From an uncultured Gemmatimonadaceae bacterium (GTDB lineage: Bacteria; Gemmatimonadota; Gemmatimonadetes; Gemmatimonadales; Gemmatimonadaceae), in contig CAWAGQ010000011.1 in NCBI GenBank assembly GCA_963781585.1, positions 64,001-128,000 of the forward strand: a stretch of DNA of 64,000 nucleotides. The letters are read 5' to 3'. The translations under genes and the position numbers were made by a program. The notes below the pieces were generated by a model that saw only the letters and a list, made by a program, of their open reading frames with translations, made no database searches and was not told where the DNA came from. The number at the start of each line of letters is the position of its first letter. The first letter of the stretch is position 1. This document shows positions 40,760-51,435 of this stretch, piece after piece.

Positions 40760-42808
40760 TCACGGGCTGCGCACTCGCGGTCCTTCCTCGTCGCCGGTCA
40801 GCTTCGGAATCTGCTCCGAGCTTACGATGTCGGGGGCTGTCGATCCAGGCGGCAGCGGTCCGGCGATGATGCGATAGCCGGACCCGGTGAGCGTGGGACC
40901 ATCGAGGATGTAGACCGGCCGGTCGGGATAGGCAGCCACGACCGCGGCCCGGATCGCCGGCGACCGATCCCAGGCGAAGATGGTGGTGTCCGCGCGGAGG
41001 TCGAGCGGATTGGCCAGTGCCGCCTCGTGATAGTCGGGGCTGCGGAGCCCGCGGACCAGGACCAGCGACCGACCCAGGGGATGCTCGTGCACGAAGGCGC
41101 GCATCTCGCCCCCCATGTATCGGTAGCCGTCGTATTTCTCTACCGCGCGCCAGGGAACCCAGACGGTGAGCGCCGCAGCGGTGAGCGCCGCCATGGCGAG
41201 GAGGGCGCGCCGCGAGCCGGGCGTGTCGTCGCCGAAGAGGGCGTCAGGCGCCCGCGCCGTGAGGACCACCGCGGGGACGATCAGCAGGAACCAGTATCGC
41301 GCGCCGAAGTCGGGACCTCCGCTGAACCAATACAAGGCATGCAATCCGGTCACCAGTACGATCACGCCGAGCATCGAGAAATCCAGCGCGCGCAGTCGCC
41401 GGCTGCAGACCACCGCCACCAGGAGCACCAACGACCCGGTGGCCCACGCGAAGAGCTCGAGGTTGAGCGCCGAGCCATTGAGGAGCGAGTTGACGACCAC
41501 GTCGCGAAGTCCGTGACCCGGGAAAGGATCGAGCCCGGGCCATCCCATCCCACGGTTCGGACCGAATCCGAGGTCGTTCGCGCCCGGGTGATAGTACTTG
41601 TCGACGTACATCATGATCGGGAAGCGCGACGGCGATCCCGTGAGCCGTGCGTTGTAGGGAAGTACGAGGAGCGCGGTGAGGGCGGTGAACGCGGTCAGCG
41701 CGGCGCTCGGCAGGAGACGGTGCCAGCGGCTGCGTGCACTGAGCGACCAGAGGCCGAGGGTGACGGCGACGATCAGGCCCTCGAGCGGACGAATCAGCGA
41801 GACGGCTCCGGCGGCAACGCCCGCCAGCGCCGCCGGCCACGCGGCTTTTCGTTCGCGCGCCACCGCCACTCCCAGCGCGGCGGCGATGGCGCAGGTGAGC
41901 GACGCGGTGTGCGTCATGAAGCTCATGCCGAGGAACAGGAACCACGGCGAGGTGGCGAGGAGGAAGGTCGCCACGCGCGCCTGGCGCACCGGCATCAGCC
42001 GGCGCGCCAGGCCGTGCAGGAGCAGGACGGCAACGCCGCTCAGCAGCGGGTTCACCAGCCACGGCACTCCGGCCCGGACGCCTAACGAGAGAATGGCGGG
42101 CCAGCCGGGCGGGACCGGGGAGAACCAGCGCTGCGCGTCGTAGTACATCAGGTCGACGTCGAAACCCGCCGGAACCGGCGGCAGGGCGAGCTGGAATCTG
42201 CCGGCCGCGAAGTAGCGCGCGTGCAGAAGGTAGACCACCTCGTCCGGGAGGTGCGGTATGTGCTCCCAGACAGTGACCGCGAGCACCGCGCAGACAAGGG
42301 CGGCAAAGACGGCGGCCGCCACCGCCGGCCGCTCGAGGAAGCGCCCCGTCTCGCGGCGGTCGGACGGCCCCAGCACCGCAGCCAGCCATCCGCCGTCGGC
42401 GACGCGCGCGAGCGCGACGACGTTCATGAGGGCGACGAGCTGGATTGCCGCGCCGAACAGCAACTCGGCGGCGTAACGCGAGATGTCGCGTGACGGTGCG
42501 GCCGCCACCGCTACCAGCGTAATCACCGCCAGAGCGAGTGCGACGGGACCAAAGCGAGCGCGCAGCCACGTTCGCGCGGTGCTCCAGGTCCCTCGCCAGC
42601 CCCACACGACGACTACGGCCTGCACGGCCAGAACCGCGGCAGCCAGCGCCCCCCTCCAGTGCAGGAACCGCTCGAAGCGATAGTGCTGCCAGGTGATGCC
42701 CTTCCCGGAACCGACCAGGGCGACCGCCGCGCACTGACCGAGGATCAGGAGCGCCAGCCACAAGCCGGTCGTCCCGCGGCCGCGCTCGGGCGCGGATTCC
42801 GGGCTCAC
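40760..42808 (-). CDS. GT-C (ArnT/PMT-like) glycosyltransferase
   Basis: HIPHLPDEVVY, PPGWP, SFMTH, IRPLEG, GARYW; GTG start overlaps the upstream stop. Confidence 0.8.
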   Translation of the reverse strand: MSPESAPERGRGTTGLWLALLILGQCAAVALVGSGKGITWQHYRFERFLHWRGALAAAVLAVQAVVVVWGWRGTWSTARTWLRARFGPVALALAVITLVAVAAAPSRDISRYAAELLFGAAIQLVALMNVVALARVADGGWLAAVLGPSDRRETGRFLERPAVAAAVFAALVCAVLAVTVWEHIPHLPDEVVYLLHARYFAAGRFQLALPPVPAGFDVDLMYYDAQRWFSPVPPGWPAILSLGVRAGVPWLVNPLLSGVAVLLLHGLARRLMPVRQARVATFLLATSPWFLFLGMSFMTHTASLTCAIAAALGVAVARERKAAWPAALAGVAAGAVSLIRPLEGLIVAVTLGLWSLSARSRWHRLLPSAALTAFTALTALLVLPYNARLTGSPSRFPIMMYVDKYYHPGANDLGFGPNRGMGWPGLDPFPGHGLRDVVVNSLLNGSALNLELFAWATGSLVLLVAVVCSRRLRALDFSMLGVIVLVTGLHALYWFSGGPDFGARYWFLLIVPAVVLTARAPDALFGDDTPGSRRALLAMAALTAAALTVWVPWRAVEKYDGYRYMGGEMRAFVHEHPLGRSLVLVRGLRSPDYHEAALANPLDLRADTTIFAWDRSPAIRAAVVAAYPDRPVYILDGPTLTGSGYRIIAGPLPPGSTAPDIVSSEQIPKLTGDEEGPRVRSP

Positions 42809-44214
42809 CGCGAGAAGATGGTCAGCACGCCCCGTCCAGGCATCCGCGCCAGGAGGATCCCGCCGACATCGATGGTGGTATCGCCAAGTGCGGCCGCGTC
42901 CAACTGGTCGGTGGTCGCCGTGACAGCGTAGCGTCCGGCCGGCAACCCGCTCACACGGAGCGTGCCATCCCGCTCGCTGCGCACCACCACCGTCGTGCCG
43001 CCGCCTCGATTCACGAACGCGGTCACCTTCTGTCGCCGGTTCGAGCTGGTGGCCTCCACGCGATGCGCCCCGAGCGCGACGTGACGGAAGTACTGGCGCA
43101 GGTAGCGCGCGGTCGGCGCGAGACGCGCGACAGGATGCGTGGAGTCCGACTGGTCCACGAGCACGTATACGCCGTCGCTCACCGAATCGGGTTGTGGACA
43201 GGTGACCATCCCGAACTTCTGCCATGCCGAGACGTTCGCCTCGACGAGATCCTCGTGCAGCTCGTCCGGACCGGCGCGCAGGTCCTCCAGCATCGCGGTG
43301 CGCAGGCGACGCGCGCGCGCCATGGCGCCGATGCGACGGAGTGCGAGAATTCCGCCGGAATATCGGTGATAGGCGAACTCGTCCAGCGCCTCCACGGCGT
43401 GCGGGACAGCGGCCATCCGCTCGAAGTAGTCGAGCGACCCGTCAATCGAGCTCACCGATGGTCCCACGAAGTCGGGCCGGAAGCCCGCGGCCGCAAGGCG
43501 CTGCTTCGCGGCGAGCAGATTCTTCGCCGTCTCTTCTGCCGACCAGTTGCCGAGGTTCGGCTCGCTCACGACCTCGAAGGAGTTCGGCACGATACCGTAC
43601 TTCTGACGAAGGTGCTCGAACGTGGCCACCACCAGCTCGGCATACTCCGCCGGATTGTCGCGGTGCAACTCGGCGTGCTTGGCGCCGATGTAGGTCAGGT
43701 TGATCCACAGGTCGTCGCCTCGCGACACAAGCCGCTGCTTGAGGGGCAACACGAGGTCGTCCACCGTGTGGTCGAGGAAGGCCCACTGGAATCCCGCGGG
43801 GTCGGCTACCATTGGGTCGTCGTTGTCGTTCTCCGGACGGAACGTGGCCCGCTCCCAGTCCAGGTACTTCGCTTCGCCCCGCATCAGCGCGGGGAAGAGA
43901 TCGCGATGCGACTCGTATCCGCTCCGCAGGGGAAGGCGGATCCGGTTCATGCCCAGCTCGTTCGTCGCCAGGTCCAGCACCTTGTCGTGCACGAGCGCCC
44001 AGGCGGTGTGGTTGCACGATACCTGTCCGCCAATGAGCCCCTCCCATCCGGTCATGATCTGGAGCTGGGCGGAGGGGTGCACGCTGATCCGGGCATCGCC
44101 GGGTGCACACGCCAACGTGGCGAGTGCCGCTATCACGAGCAGCCAGGGACAGCGTCCAGCTGCCCGCAGCCAAAGGCGGACTCCCCGGAGTACTGTCATC
44201 ATCGCACGGGTCAC
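42805..44214 (-). CDS. Putative clan-A TIM-barrel glycoside hydrolase lipoprotein (GH30/GH5-like)
   Basis: LAC lipobox, QIMTGWEG, GMNRIRL, EVVSEP acid/base-like motif, AYHRY, AMLE, C-terminal AFVN..G.TTVVV. Confidence 0.6.
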   Translation of the reverse strand: MTRAMMTVLRGVRLWLRAAGRCPWLLVIAALATLACAPGDARISVHPSAQLQIMTGWEGLIGGQVSCNHTAWALVHDKVLDLATNELGMNRIRLPLRSGYESHRDLFPALMRGEAKYLDWERATFRPENDNDDPMVADPAGFQWAFLDHTVDDLVLPLKQRLVSRGDDLWINLTYIGAKHAELHRDNPAEYAELVVATFEHLRQKYGIVPNSFEVVSEPNLGNWSAEETAKNLLAAKQRLAAAGFRPDFVGPSVSSIDGSLDYFERMAAVPHAVEALDEFAYHRYSGGILALRRIGAMARARRLRTAMLEDLRAGPDELHEDLVEANVSAWQKFGMVTCPQPDSVSDGVYVLVDQSDSTHPVARLAPTARYLRQYFRHVALGAHRVEATSSNRRQKVTAFVNRGGGTTVVVRSERDGTLRVSGLPAGRYAVTATTDQLDAAALGDTTIDVGGILLARMPGRGVLTIFSR

Positions 44215-44254
44215 TCGTCTCAGGAGGGTGGTGTGTGGAAAATATGCGCTTCAC

Positions 44255-44341
44255 CCGCGGTGCGGCGCTGATTCGGTGGGAATCCGCGGTGCGGCGCTGA
44301 TTCGGTGGGAATCCGCGGTGCGGCGCTGATCCGGTGGGAAT
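44255..44341. repeat. 29-bp tandem repeat x3 (CCGCGGTGCGGCGCTGATTCGGTGGGAAT) plus a degenerate tail
   Basis: Units at 44255, 44284 and 44313; no spacers between units. Confidence 0.95.
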
Positions 44342-44537
44342 CCGGTGCCGCGTGCGCGGCGCGAATCCGGTGCGCTCCTTGCAGTCCGCATTCCCGATGC
44401 CACATCGTCGACTACCATTCTTCATTCCAGCGGTGATCTTCAACCGGCGCGACAAGATCGGCTTACCGGTCCCCTCACCGAATGGCGGCGCGACTCCATC
44501 CCCGACGTCGTTGGCGATTCCCAGCCCAGGGCGCGGC

Positions 44538-46268
44538 ATGATGCGCCTGCCTGGACGCCTCGGACGCACGCGCCTCGCCGTCTTCTTCGTGGCATTCCTG
44601 TTCTATGCCCCGGGATTCTGGTGGGGTGCGCCGGTGGCCTCGGCAGCCGATCGCACCGACGCCTGGGGTGTCGATGACGAACCGCCCCTCGGCCCCCTCG
44701 CGCAGGCCGATGACATCGTCCATCCCAAGGCCGAGCTGAATCCGAATCTCGGGTATCCCATGATGCACCCGTTCATGGTGCTCACGGCGTTCACGCCATA
44801 TGTCGGATACCTGTTCGCCACCGGTGGTCTTCGCCATCCCACGGTCGCGTATCCGCACGGGTTCACCGACCCGGTTGTGGCGCTGCGGGTTCTCTCCTGG
44901 ATTGCGCACCTGCTGTCGGTGCTGCTCGCGGCCGGGATCGTGGTCTGCGCGTGGGAGATTGGCCGCGTGCTCTGGGACCAGCGCAGCGGCTACGCCACGG
45001 CCGCCGGCGCCCTGCTGTTCTACCCGATGTTCTATTACGCGCGGGTCTCCAACGTGGACGTGCCGGTGCTGTTCTTCATCGCCGCCGCGCTGGTTGCGTT
45101 CGCGCACGTCGTCGCCCGCGGGCTCACGTTCCGGCGCGCCGCCACGTTCGGCACGCTGGTCGGGTTCGCGGTGGCCACCAAGGAACCGGCGTTTGCATCG
45201 TTGTTGTTCGCTCCGCTGGTCCTCCTGCTGCTTCGCGACCCCGGTCAGTCGCTGGCCCCATGGCGTCGGGGGACCTTCTGGCTGATGGCCCTCACGATCT
45301 CGGGCTGCGCCCTGGGCGCGTACGCCGTGGGGAGCGGGATGCTCGTCGATCCCCATCGCTGGGTGGCCCACATGCGATTCGCGAGCGGGCGAATCCAGGC
45401 CGACCAGTCCGGCGGCGTTCCCTGGCTCCGAAACTATCCACCGACGCTCGCCGGCAACCTCGCGTATGCCTGGGCGCTCCTGGGCATCTGCGCACGGGCG
45501 CTCACGTGGCCCGGAATTCTCCTTGGCCTGGCGGGTGTGGTGGTCGCGGCGCGGCGCACGCCGCGGGCCGCTCTGCTCGCGCTCTCGGCAGTCGGGTACC
45601 TCGTGATCCTTTTCCTGTCGGCGCGCGTGGTGCAGCTGCGCTACGTGATGCCGGCAGTCTTCGTGCTTGCGATCTTCGCGGGCCGTGCCGGCGCGGTCGC
45701 TTGGTCCAGCCGTCGGCTGGTGGTGCGCGTCCCCGGGATCGCCCTGGCCGCCGCTGCCGCCCTCACGCTCGCGGCGTGGAACGCCGACCTCACGTGGGCG
45801 ATGCTGCACGATTCGCGTTATGCGGCCGGTGCCTGGCTCGCCCGCGCGGCGCGGCCCGGCGATGCGCTGGAGTACTTCGGATCGCCATACAAGCATGTCC
45901 CCATGCCCGCATCGCTTTCGTCACGATGGGCGATTCCGTACCGCGGCAGCATGTTTCGTGCGGATACCAGCGCTATCGCCGTGGGCACGATCGTCGAGGG
46001 CTGGGCCGCGCGCCGCCCCAGGTTCATCGAGTTGGTGCCGGACTACACCAGTTCTCCGGGTGCGCCGTACGCGTCGTCCTGCCCGCCGGCGATTTTCCGC
46101 GGCCTGGAGGACGGCTCGCTCGGCTACCGCTTCGTGGCCGGGTTCCATCATCCGGCGTTGCTCCCGTGGGCCAATCGACCGCCGATCGACTATCCGGTGG
46201 TCAATCCGCCGATCCGGTTCTATGAGCGGATCCCGTCGCTCACCGCACCGGCGCGAGCGCGGTCGTGA
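44538..46268 (+). CDS. GT-C (ArnT/PMT-like) glycosyltransferase
   Basis: WGVDDE, GYP, NVDVP, ATKEP, RYVMP, DSRYAAG.W; polytopic. Start is uncertain (44397 possible). Confidence 0.78.
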   Translation: MMRLPGRLGRTRLAVFFVAFLFYAPGFWWGAPVASAADRTDAWGVDDEPPLGPLAQADDIVHPKAELNPNLGYPMMHPFMVLTAFTPYVGYLFATGGLRHPTVAYPHGFTDPVVALRVLSWIAHLLSVLLAAGIVVCAWEIGRVLWDQRSGYATAAGALLFYPMFYYARVSNVDVPVLFFIAAALVAFAHVVARGLTFRRAATFGTLVGFAVATKEPAFASLLFAPLVLLLLRDPGQSLAPWRRGTFWLMALTISGCALGAYAVGSGMLVDPHRWVAHMRFASGRIQADQSGGVPWLRNYPPTLAGNLAYAWALLGICARALTWPGILLGLAGVVVAARRTPRAALLALSAVGYLVILFLSARVVQLRYVMPAVFVLAIFAGRAGAVAWSSRRLVVRVPGIALAAAAALTLAAWNADLTWAMLHDSRYAAGAWLARAARPGDALEYFGSPYKHVPMPASLSSRWAIPYRGSMFRADTSAIAVGTIVEGWAARRPRFIELVPDYTSSPGAPYASSCPPAIFRGLEDGSLGYRFVAGFHHPALLPWANRPPIDYPVVNPPIRFYERIPSLTAPARARS

Positions 46269-49116
46269 ACTCGGGCTCGACGTTCTCGAAGAACAGCCCG
46301 CGAAATCGACCCGACGCTGCGGCGGGCAGCTCCAGCCCGAACTGGTACTGGCGATCGGCGTCGAGCAGCGAGAGATCGGCGTAGAAGCCGACGAAAGTGC
46401 GGGCGGCACGGCGGACCGCGGTATACGCCTTGTGCAGCTCCACCGGCCGGCCGTCAATCGTCAGGCGCGCCTCCCACGCGTCGTCAGGCTCGGCGAACTG
46501 GACGAAGAGCAACAGCCGCTCCGGGACGAGCCAGGTGGTGCGGTAATCGTCGGCGGTCCACGGAATGGGCCAGGCGCGCCGCCGTGCCGCGAGCTGGTCG
46601 AAGATGCGGCGGGGAATCGTGAATGTACCGTTGAGACGTCCACCCGCGAACGCCGGGTCGGGTACCAGAGCCGGCTGGAGCCGGTGGAACTCCGTTCCAT
46701 CGAACCGCACATCGAGTTGCATCGTGTCGCCGGCTCGTGAGCCAACCGGCACCGCGCGCCCGTTCACCCGCGCGCGCGACACCGTGGCCGACTGCGGAAG
46801 CAACACCAGCAGGCGCACGGTCGTGCCTGGCTCGCCCTCCACATCACGCAGGTCGAGCAGGCCGTGATCGAGTGAGACTGTCCCCGGGGCGTTGAACAAC
46901 AGCGGCTCACGCACGATCGCTGCCGCGGGCGTGATTTCGAGCACCAATGCCGACCCTCCGTCCAGCGACACCTCAGCGCTGTCGCCATGGCGCCAGATCC
47001 CGGCGAGCGGTTTGCCGATCAGCCGCCCTTCCAGCGGATAGAGCTCGCGCAGCACGTATCGTTCGCCGTCAGCGAGTCCGATCGCGACGTCGAGGGTGAA
47101 CCGGGCGTCGTGGCGGCGGGCGTCCGGATTGAACAGGAACACGAAGCCGTGCTCGCCAACGATCGCCGACGTGCCATCGACCTTGCCGAACGCCGGCTGG
47201 CCGAGGATGGTGCGCGTGTGTCGAAGGTACTCCCTGTTCGCAACGGTCCAGTCGAGCCAGCGGCGGAGCCACGCGCGGTCCGCTTCCGCAACGTTGGCGC
47301 GTTCGGCCGAATCGCGGGCGGGAATCATGTTGAGCACGTTGTTCCATCCCGCTACGGCAATCGACGAGAGCACCGAATACCGCCAGCCGAGGTAGTCCCA
47401 GTCGCGGGTCCGGAACGAGGTGAGCACCGTGCCGCGGTCGGCGGTTGGCACCGACGGCATGTCACCGCTGTCGTCGGACCGCGATGTCTGATGGGTCATG
47501 AATCCCGGCACGATCTCGCTCGGTGCGAACTCGTAGTTGCGATAGCGATAGGCGGTGTAGCGCTCGCGGTCGGCGGAAACGCGATCGAAGTGCAGATCGG
47601 GGTAGGGGACGAAGCTCTCGGGCTGCTCGTCGTTGAACGTGGGGTGGGGATAGCTCCCCGCGAGCCAGCTCCAGGGTCCGTAGAGGTGGTATTGCTGTCG
47701 GCCGTCGATGACGATGTCGGGAATGCGGCGGCGCAGTTCCTCCATGACCCGCCGCCATCCCCACCATTGCGCATAACGACTTGTTCCCTGGAAGGTGAGA
47801 AACGTGTGATCGAAGGAGTATCCGGCGATGCCGGTCCGGTCGTGGAACGCCACCAGCTCGTGGATCAGCCAGTCCTGGAGTGCCCGGTTGCCGAGGCTGG
47901 CCATCCGGCGTGTCGAGCCGCTGCCTGCCGGCACCAGCCACTCGGGGTTCCGGGTGAATGGCATCACCGGGTACACGTAGGCGAGAAGCCGCAGCCCTTT
48001 TCCCCGCGCGTAGTCGAGCATCTCCTGTATGCTCGGCGGGGTCGCCCCCGATTCGGGATCCCATTCGCCCTGGCGGATCTGCTGGCCGAGTCCCAGCCAG
48101 AGCACGTGCTCCCAGCTCCAGTCGTCCACGCTCTGTTCCCGCCGGGAGAGCGCCGAGTTGGACGGCGCGTACAGGACATACTGCGCGCCTAACGACGCGG
48201 CCTGGTCGAACAGATGCTTGTATTCGGCGCGCCCGGCCGGGGTGCCGACGTCGATCTGGTAGTCGTTGGCGCACCAGCCCACCAGGACGTTGATCGGTTG
48301 GGTCGGATGGTAGAGCAGGAAGGCGTGCACCATCCCGGTGAAGGCCGCCACCTCGGCTTCATCCAGGCCGGCTGCGTCGGCGGTGGTGGCCGTTCGCCAT
48401 TCCGGAATCATCGATGCGGGGAGCCGTCGTCCAGTGAGCCGAACCGGGGCGATCAGGGCGCGGTCGGAGGCGAACGGGCCATAGGCCTTCTGCCAGTCCA
48501 TCTCCGCGGGATAGCGCAGGGCGAATGTGGCGGCGTCGTGGGTGAACTGGAGGAACGGATTCTGCACGACCGTGAGAAGGCTGTGGCGCTGGTCGAACCG
48601 CAGAGCCGCGCCGTAGACCCCGGTCTCCAGACTCGGGCGCGCGCTCGGCGGGAGGTACACGCTCGCCGGCGTCTCGACCAGGGTTCCACGAATCGGTGTG
48701 AGATCCCGTATGTGGAACGCTGTCAGGTGTGTCGCGCTCACGACGAGCTGCTTGCTCAGGAAGTGCCAACCGGTTCGCAACTCGTATTCCACCTGCAGCG
48801 TGACGTCAGCGGCGGTGTAGCGATAACTGACGCGTCCGGGCTCCCGGGTTCGACTGGGCGGTGCGAGCGCTCGGCTGTCGATCGTCTGGTCGCCGATGGT
48901 GATACTGAACCCATCCTGCTGGAAGCGATAGCGGTACCCATCGGAGTCGGTGAGGGCGATCAGCCCACGCGGGCCGAAGTCGGCGCGAAGGATGCCGTTG
49001 GTCAGCGACTGTGGGTGGAGCGGCGTGCCGAAGAGGAACGCGGCGACGAAGCGGACGCGCGTTGAGATACGGATGCGGCGTTTTCGTGCGGGCGACCACA
49101 GAGCGCGCATCTTCAT
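46240..49116 (-). CDS. Large secreted protein, probable glycoside hydrolase (alpha-galactosidase-like barrel)
   Basis: Signal-like N-terminus, GWCANDYQID, GLRLLAYVYP, GYSFDH, YVLRELYP. The family assignment is an inference. Confidence 0.55.
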   Translation of the reverse strand: MKMRALWSPARKRRIRISTRVRFVAAFLFGTPLHPQSLTNGILRADFGPRGLIALTDSDGYRYRFQQDGFSITIGDQTIDSRALAPPSRTREPGRVSYRYTAADVTLQVEYELRTGWHFLSKQLVVSATHLTAFHIRDLTPIRGTLVETPASVYLPPSARPSLETGVYGAALRFDQRHSLLTVVQNPFLQFTHDAATFALRYPAEMDWQKAYGPFASDRALIAPVRLTGRRLPASMIPEWRTATTADAAGLDEAEVAAFTGMVHAFLLYHPTQPINVLVGWCANDYQIDVGTPAGRAEYKHLFDQAASLGAQYVLYAPSNSALSRREQSVDDWSWEHVLWLGLGQQIRQGEWDPESGATPPSIQEMLDYARGKGLRLLAYVYPVMPFTRNPEWLVPAGSGSTRRMASLGNRALQDWLIHELVAFHDRTGIAGYSFDHTFLTFQGTSRYAQWWGWRRVMEELRRRIPDIVIDGRQQYHLYGPWSWLAGSYPHPTFNDEQPESFVPYPDLHFDRVSADRERYTAYRYRNYEFAPSEIVPGFMTHQTSRSDDSGDMPSVPTADRGTVLTSFRTRDWDYLGWRYSVLSSIAVAGWNNVLNMIPARDSAERANVAEADRAWLRRWLDWTVANREYLRHTRTILGQPAFGKVDGTSAIVGEHGFVFLFNPDARRHDARFTLDVAIGLADGERYVLRELYPLEGRLIGKPLAGIWRHGDSAEVSLDGGSALVLEITPAAAIVREPLLFNAPGTVSLDHGLLDLRDVEGEPGTTVRLLVLLPQSATVSRARVNGRAVPVGSRAGDTMQLDVRFDGTEFHRLQPALVPDPAFAGGRLNGTFTIPRRIFDQLAARRRAWPIPWTADDYRTTWLVPERLLLFVQFAEPDDAWEARLTIDGRPVELHKAYTAVRRAARTFVGFYADLSLLDADRQYQFGLELPAAASGRFRGLFFENVEPEFTTALAPVR

Positions 49117-49269
49117 GTCCACAATCTGTAGTCGCCGAGGCGGGTCACGTCCATACGGCCGCTGCGAGTTGGAGGCAGCGGCTGGATCGCTCGGCGGCCC
49201 GGGTGCTCTGTGTCCTCCGCGCCCTCCGTGGTCAAGACAGATCTGCTGTTGGAATCGCAGAGAGCGCAG

Positions 49270-49673
<404 letters not shown>

Positions 49674-49792
49674 GTCACGGAGAGGGCGCCGCCGGTAGAT
49701 CACGCGGCTGCCAGGTTTTCGAAGGTGCTTGTTGTCGCTGCTTCTCCGTGGTTGAACAAGGTCCCCTTGTTCACATCACGAGGACCTGCGAC

Positions 49793-50386
49793 CTAGAACC
49801 CGGGCAGCGACAGCTCCTCGGTCCGTGCCTCGAGATCGAGCAGCTTCTTCTTCCGCCACAGGCCACCGCCGTAGCCCGTGAGCGACCCGTCGGCTCCGAT
49901 CACCCGATGGCAGGGAATCAGGATCGCGATCCGGTTGTCGCCGTTCGCGCGCGCCACCGCCCGCACCGCGGCCGGGTGCCCAATCGAGGTCGCGAGACGG
50001 CCGTAGCTCGTCGTTGAGCCGAAGGGAATGCGCTGCAGCGCCTCCCACACGAGCAGCTGGAATGGCGACCCGGGTACGTGCATGGGTACGTCGAACACGC
50101 GCCGCTCGTCCCGGAAGTACTCGTCCAGCTGACCGCGCACCCGGGCAACGATTGACGTCTCGCCGTCCGCGAACTCGCAGTCCAACGCACCGCGGACGCG
50201 CCGGAGCTGGGTCTCGAGCATACGGCGATTCGCGAACTCCAGGAGCACCAGATGGCTCGCGGTCGACGCCGCGACCATCTCGCCGAGTGGCGTATTGAAC
50301 TCAGCGACGTACACCGTCTGCGTCAGGCGGCCATCGACGTGAACTGCCGACGCCTCCGCGGCAGGCGTCGCAGGTGCCGTCGCCAT
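49793..50386 (-). CDS. ogt: Methylated-DNA-protein-cysteine S-methyltransferase
   Basis: GSPFQ..VW, AVRAVARANG.N, IPCHRVIG, GYGGG. Confidence 0.92.
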   Translation of the reverse strand: MATAPATPAAEASAVHVDGRLTQTVYVAEFNTPLGEMVAASTASHLVLLEFANRRMLETQLRRVRGALDCEFADGETSIVARVRGQLDEYFRDERRVFDVPMHVPGSPFQLLVWEALQRIPFGSTTSYGRLATSIGHPAAVRAVARANGDNRIAILIPCHRVIGADGSLTGYGGGLWRKKKLLDLEARTEELSLPGF

Positions 50387-51336
50387 TACGGCGTCATCCC
50401 CAGGAACCCGCGAATCTCGTGTACCGCGTAGTCGACTCGCTTGTCGAACAGCGCCTTGCCGATGGCCACGCTCGAACGCCGTGCGTCCCCGGTAATGCCG
50501 TTGTTGATTCGCGGCGCGCTCGGATCGCGCCGCTCCCCCGGCGCCGGCACGGGATCGCCGACCGCGGTCTTGAGCAGATCCTTCCGCACGCACGCGTCGC
50601 CGCACACGTACATCATCTCCGACGTGTCGAAGATCCCGGCGTGGCTGCTGCGCGGATAGCCCTTCGCTTCGAGCTCGTTCTCGTAGTCGTTCTGCGCCGG
50701 CGCATAGACCGAGTCGCAGTAGAACACATGAACGCCCTGCGGCGCGTATTTCGCATCGAGCTGCTGCGCGACCGTGCGGTAGACGTCGGGTTGCCCGCCT
50801 CCGTGGTCGCCCATGAGAACGACGTTCCGGAAGCCGCTGACGATCGCCTGTTCGCTCACCCGCTCGAGGATCGCGGCGAGAATGTCGTTGGTCAGGCCGA
50901 TCGTGCCCGGCAGCGCCGCGCTGGCGTTGTTCGGTGTGTACGGGAGCACCGGCATCGCGATCGCGTTCCCCAGCTTCAGGGCGATCGCCTTCACCGTCGC
51001 CCGCGCCATGAAAGTGTGACCCCCGTTGGCGTTCTGCGGGCCACGCTGTTCCGTGCCGCCCGTGTAGAACAGCGCAGTCGTCCTGCCGTCGGCAAGCGCC
51101 TGCTTCACTTCGGCCCAGGTCATGTTCTCGAACTCCACCAGCGGATCCTTCACCGCCCCGCGATCCGTCAGCCCGACCGGACTCGCCGATGGAGCAGGTG
51201 CCGGCTCGGAGGCAGGATGCTCCGCGACGAAGGCGCGCTGCACGGGTGCGGGCCCCTGGGCGAACAGGCGCGCGGGGACGTCCGCGGCCACGGCGCCTAA
51301 CGCGACTATCGCGATGATGGACGCTGATCGGTGCAT
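50386..51336 (-). CDS. Creatininase-family protein with a signal peptide
   Basis: ENMTWAEV, GGTEQRGPQ, GDHGGG, HAGIFDTS, GITGD; GGAGG RBS. Confidence 0.8.
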   Translation of the reverse strand: MHRSASIIAIVALGAVAADVPARLFAQGPAPVQRAFVAEHPASEPAPAPSASPVGLTDRGAVKDPLVEFENMTWAEVKQALADGRTTALFYTGGTEQRGPQNANGGHTFMARATVKAIALKLGNAIAMPVLPYTPNNASAALPGTIGLTNDILAAILERVSEQAIVSGFRNVVLMGDHGGGQPDVYRTVAQQLDAKYAPQGVHVFYCDSVYAPAQNDYENELEAKGYPRSSHAGIFDTSEMMYVCGDACVRKDLLKTAVGDPVPAPGERRDPSAPRINNGITGDARRSSVAIGKALFDKRVDYAVHEIRGFLGMTP

Positions 51337-51435
51337 GAGGGGTTCCTCCAGCGCTCCGGACTTCAGCCGGACAGTGGTGAGTGGCGCACCTGCGATCCGT
51401 GAAAATGAATGTGCGTCCGGCGGGCCGGCAACAGG

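Noticed and set aside
44255..44341. Possible CRISPR array (29-bp unit)
   Set aside because: Head-to-tail tandem repeat without spacers.
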